Source: Candidatus Omnitrophota bacterium (GTDB lineage: Bacteria; Omnitrophota; Omnitrophia; Omnitrophales; Aquincolibacteriaceae). From it: a stretch of DNA of 28,724 nt. Each line of letters begins with the position of its first letter. The stretch's first letter is position 1. Under the pieces are notes generated by a model, which did not search any database, had not been told where the DNA came from, and worked only from the letters and a program-made list of their open reading frames with translations. A program made the translations under genes and the position numbers. Below, piece by piece: positions 19,201 through 25,200 of this stretch. The DNA is taken from NCBI GenBank assembly GCA_043803685.1, contig JAZDJU010000047.1:1-28724 (forward strand). Reading direction: 5' to 3'.

Positions 19201-22200
19201 CTCCCACTTGTCACCTTCGTCCAGCCTTTGCACCAAGGGCTTATTAAGAAGGTCCTTTGTGAACTCAAGCGGTGACATTTGTGCCGCGCCCGCCACATAT
19301 TGCGCGACATAGTCATCGAACGCCCGCTGAATTTCCGCCATAAAAGCCTTCGTCACCGGATGGAACGGGATCGGCATTTTTTCTGTGACCGGCGTGGCCA
19401 TGGGCTTCTGGAACAGCTGATTCAATGAAAAAACTTCCTGGCTCGAGCTGTAGACCATCGGAAGCTTCAGCTCCTTGGCAACACGAGCGATCAACTTTGT
19501 ATAGAACACGTTGAGCACATAGGTCCTAACGGCAAAACTTTCATAAGTCTCCCCACGTGCCTTGTTAGGCCGCACATGGGTTTGCGCGGCCAAGTGATAA
19601 ACCACCGTAGATTTGCCTAACAGTTGCTTCAAAAGCTCATAAGAAGCACCCCTCTCGTCCATCCTCATTGGATCCAGGGAATCTCCGGTATCCACAAAGA
19701 CCACCCGTTCTGCAAGTCCGTCTTTGCCAAGCGCTGCAACCACCCCCAGCAGGTTCTTGGCATGTTCCGCGGAGATCCCGGCCCGGATGGGGACTGCAAC
19801 CTGCCGCCCTTCCCGCGCAAGCTTCTCAATAAGATGCGCTCCGATCATTCCTGTCCCGCCAATGATGACAGGCCCTTTAAAATCCGATGCCAAAAATTGC
19901 GCGAGACCCACGGTCGGCAGTTCTTTTGGCTGAACCTCGCGTCTCGTTTCCGACCGGGAATTATAAATGGATAGCTCTCGCTGGACATCTGGATTAACCT
20001 GAGTTCCGTCATTATCAGCTGTCGCCACAAAAACAGGTTTATGAACCTCAAAGGAAGGAAAATCCATATCCCTCCGTTCTCTGATCCAATCAAGGAATTT
20101 ATCCAATACATCCTTTCCCATAGGCCTTTCTAATCGAGCCACCGTAATATGAAAACTCATCTCGTTGGCCCAGCGTTCTCTATCCGGGATTAATCCGCTC
20201 CACTGAGTGCGAAGATCTCCAAGAGAGTTTCCCTCAACAAAGCCATTAACAACAATCGAACCTGCCGGGCCGTTATCGATCCCTTTTAAATGAACCCGGA
20301 AAGGCTTGAATGCCCCCCGAATCCGCGTGATTTTCTTAAGAAGATCCCTTAGTTCCAAACTCAATTGTTTCGGATCACTTTGATCGTCCGATAAAGCTGA
20401 TTGAGCTACGTCGAAGAGAGTCGCGTGAAATTGGCCTCTTCCTGTGACTTTAAACTGAGGAAATTTCATTTTAATTTCTCGAGCAACGCCATCCAAGGCG
20501 TCGACGAGTTCAGGCGGAAAGTCGGATAAAGCTCCCGAAACCTCCCCATATCCCGCGTCGAGACTGATATTTAAAACTCGGTAGTTATGCCTCGGCTGCG
20601 GAATACGCCCTTGAGCCCAAAGTTTTTCTCTGTTATTCCGCGTAGTCTCGTAAAAAGCCCGCTGCTTTTCGACGTAGTCGTCCGCCCCACTGCGAGCCTC
20701 CGACCGTTTGCTAAAACCCGCTTTGAGAAGCAATTGTTCCACCTCAACAGGATCGAGACTCGCGGCACGGAACGCTTGATCGATCTGTGCTTCAGTCAGA
20801 TCTTTCTTCTCCGGCATCACAGTGACGATCCCGGCGGCTTCAAGCACGTGAACGGTATGATTTTCTCCTAAAATGGCTCCGACCTCACCGATCGGCGTGT
20901 TGGGTTTCCCCATAAACACAACGACCTTCCCTTTGAGAACGACCGTCCAGTGAGGGATCTGATCCGTCTGTAGATTACGGATCAGCTTCATCGCGCTCCC
21001 GGCAAGCTTTTGAAGGTCATCATCCTGAAACACCACGTGAGAAAGCGGCCATTCACTGGCCTGCAACAGACTTACGCCCTCGTCCTTCCCGATCAACCCG
21101 GCACGAGGCAAAAGCTTTTCGAACGGTAGATTCTCTGTCGTCACATGGATATGAAGCTGCTCGGCCGTATACCATTCTGTATTCTGAAGAAACTTCATCC
21201 CTGGATTTTTTTCCGAAAGCGCCAAAGACACTTCGAGATCTTCCGTCGTCAGGATATTGGGCCGTACCGTTTCGTCATCTGCGATCATAAGCGTATGAAA
21301 AGGCACGGTGAGCTCTTGCGGCGCCACCATGAAATACTTCCGCGTCAGGGTCTCAAGCCGCGCGAGGATCCCCCGTTCGTCGAGGAATTTCTGGATTTTC
21401 CTGAAATAAAACCTGTTGAGATCCACAGGCCTGTTCGGCTTTAGCCCTTGAGCGTTAGGCTTGCCCTGCGAGGCCGGATCAAGCGCCAGATCGAACTTTC
21501 CCTTCGTGACCCGCTCCGGGATCTTTTCCTTCTGGGCTTGAACGAAAGCATTTTCTCTCCACGACCGCTCAAAATACGATTCAAACTGATCCGAACCGAT
21601 CGTATCCCCCTCGGATCCTGTGAGCTCGATATTTCGCATTTCAGAACGAAAATTGGAAACAGCGCTGCTCAAGGGAATGATTTCATCGCGTAAAAAAATC
21701 CCAAAAGATCCACGCCCCATTTCCCGTAAGGCATCAAGCGCTTTTAAATAAATGGGCTGCTGAAGTTGATTCTCTCTTGCATTTTCAAGCCATCGAAGAA
21801 CTGGATAAGCCGTTTGAAAGAAGAAGAAATCCGGGATTACATCAATTTCATCTGAACTCAATGGCTCAGAAGCTGTTTTCTGGTAGACCTGAACTGCTTC
21901 GAGAGTTTCCTGTTTGAGATTTGAAACAACCCAGTTGAGTTTTCGCGCGCCAAACATCATCAGAGGCAGAAAATCTTCAAAACGATAAGCCATTCGAGCC
22001 TGCACAAGATCAAAAACTCCAATGACCTCCTGCCCAGTCGGATTAAATATCATATTGGTTAAATTAAAATCACTTGGAATAGGAATTTTTTTCAGTTTTT
22101 TCATTGTCTTTAAGAGACGCGGGACAGATTGCGTCATAACGACATGAAGCATGGCATAATCTTCAGGGGCAAGAATGCGACGCGCCTTTTCAATAAATTC

Positions 22201-25200
22201 TTTTCTTGAATACAACCCCTGAGAGGAGAGAACCACCTTCCTGAGGTCATATTGGTGAAACCAAAATGTCCAGGGTTTCCAGTTTTTGCTGGCATCATGA
22301 ATTCTTGCTAGCATCGAGCTCGCTGCCCTCAGATTTTCCAGAGAAGCTTCATTTCGAAAAATCGGCCGTCCCAAAACTCGTTTTTCAACTGTATAAAAAA
22401 CGATTCCTCTGGCTTCAGGATCTTGAACGGGAAAAAGATAATGCTGAGTCGCTTGTTTCGGAATCAGAGGAACTGGGATATCAGCTTGTTGAAGAAGCAT
22501 GATGTATTTTTCAAAAAAACTCGCGTCCGCTTGCCTCATAGGAGAACTATCGGACTGTCGCAACTTTTTGATAAAAAACTCACCTTGATCAGTCTGAACA
22601 AAAAATCCGATAAGCGGTCTACCGCGCATTCTTTTAACAATTTTTTGAACTTTCAAGACTTCTCCTATGTCGAATTGATTCGGGATCCCCGCAAGGTAAA
22701 AAGGCAGGCCCGGCATTAATTCAAGGTCAAGATAGCGCGCATCCAGCAGCTCTTTCATTGTCAAGCCTGAGGCATCGCTATCTCGCGCTTCTGAACCCCG
22801 CATTTCAGAACGAGTGGATGAAATGGGCTGTAGGATAATGTCGAGAAGATGACTGAAACCTGGGAGAGCGCTGGCGTCGGCGACGGAATTTTTGACGAAT
22901 CTTCCGAGCGGGTTGCTCGGCCACGACATCAGGCCGTGGCTGTCGCTTCCGGAAACCGATAAAAGAGGATGCGCAGAATAATAAGGATCTTCGGTGTTCA
23001 AGTTTTTAATTTGTTGCAGGACAAAATCCTTATGACGACTCCGGGCCAGTTTGTGGCTGACAAGCTCAACTCCCAACAGATTTTCCGCTGAAAGTCTCCC
23101 CTCCCGGGCAGCTTTGGACAGCTCCTGCATAAGAGACTCGAAAACGCCCTCTTCCTGCTCGATGATCTCATTCGGGTGCGCCACGGCGATCTTGGCGCCC
23201 ATCGCACGCGCAAATTCCAGCGTCTCATTCAACTGGGGATACAAGCGTCTCTCTTCTTCCGTCAAAGAGTGAACCGGCACATAAGGAACAATAAAGTTAT
23301 ACCAGACGTCCTTGCCTGACTTGATGTTATATCTTTCGAGAGCCACCTTCCCGGCGGGATCGTCCTTATATTTTTCCCATATCGCATCCCCCACCCCGGA
23401 GTTGTATTTTTCATAACGGTAGATCGCATTGAGCTCCTCAAGGGTCAAAGAAAATTCCGGATGATGTTCGTTGATCCAGTACATGATCCTCTCGGCCCTT
23501 GGACCATTCACAGCTCTCGCCTCTTTCAGCTTCTGCGTAAAACGTTCCAGGACCGGCCTCTCGGCCCCCTCACGCGTCTCAAAAAATGACGGCATGTACA
23601 GAAGCAGATGAACTTCCGGTCCTCCGAAAAAGGTCGTGACCTCGATCCCGGGGATCAGCGTAAAAGAAGGCACCTTCATGCCCGTCTTACTATTTATTTT
23701 CTCGATCTTCTCATTCAAGATTTTCGCCGCCCGCGAGGTTTCTTCTCCAGGAAGATAGTTATGGTCTGTTAATGCCACGCCACGCAACCCCTCCTCAAAA
23801 GCATGCAAAATGTACGCCGTTGGCGTATCGTAAGCATCCGACCGGTAGGAATGAGTGTGGAGATCGACCTCACGCTCCGAAGGTCTCGGGAATTCTGTTC
23901 TGGCAATGATCCCGGGCAGGATCGCTGCGAACGCCTCCAAGCGGAGCGCCTCATACTCATCCCCAAGCACTTCCTCCACGATCTTCCGACCCGCCGCTTC
24001 CCTGATCGCCTCATTTTTCGAGGTCTTCATCAGTTTTTCCAACTGCCGAATCACCGCCATATCCTTGATGGAATGATCCATATTCAAAAGCAAGCGCACC
24101 TCTGAGGATATATCTAAAATTTCAGAGGGCATAGTGGTTGGCGTAATCCCCCGGGGCTTAGTTTGCAAAGAATATTGTTGGATTTTCCGAACTTCCTCAG
24201 CGGCATCTTTAATGGCGGCAATCGCCTCGGCTGGATCCCACTCGTTCAAATTAATCTCTGGAGACCAAATGCCGACCTTTTCAATGCCAAGTGATGCCAG
24301 CGATTCATTACCAAGGGGATAATGCAGTGTAAAGGTTGGCCCTGCTCGACGATGAAGAATTGAAGCAATTATGACCCTCTTTGGAGACAAACGAAGCGTG
24401 TCCACAACTTCACGAGACTCTAGAACATTAGTTGTTGTGTTGGTCGAGCTTTTCCCCATAAAATCTGGGCGAACACCAAGATCACCCATGGCTTTTGCGA
24501 AATATTCCGCTTCCGAGACCCTCTTTCCATCGACCTCATAGTTACCTGCCATCTGTTGATCTTTTCCGTAATTGCCCACCACGATCACCTTCATGTCCGG
24601 GTTTTGCTTGCGAAGCTCAAGAGCTACGCGAGCCGCCTCTTTAGGCACATCCAGATATCCTGATCCAAAAACCATCATGGCATCGAATGGGCCTTCCCCA
24701 AGCAGATCACGATCATCTTTCAGGACGTGATACATTTCTCTTTTCGCATCATAAATCTGCCGCGCGTTCACATAAGCAACCAGCTTTTGCCCAAGCTCAT
24801 AAATTCTTGGAAGATACTGATTATCGTAACCATGTTGAAGCATGTTATTTGAAACTGCTAAGTGCGCGGTCATTTGCCGCATCTCGGATCGGACGCTCTG
24901 CCTCTGATCAATCGAGCCAAGATGTCGTTCGATGAGTGAAGGCTCAGCGTGATCCCCCAAAGCTTCCACGGAAGAAGTAAGGGCGCGAAGTTCCGAACGA
25001 ACCGCAGAAGCTTCCCCAGAAGCGACTGCTGCGTGAAAAATACCGGGGGGTTTATTGGCGCGAGCCACGAGAAAGGGCGTTTCAAAGGAATGATGGCCCA
25101 CCGACATGAGCTGTTTGTAGTAATCCTGATGTTTTTTGGAGATCGAGGTGATCCGGGGTGAGATCACGACGTAGGACACGCCCTGCTCTTTCAGGATCTC

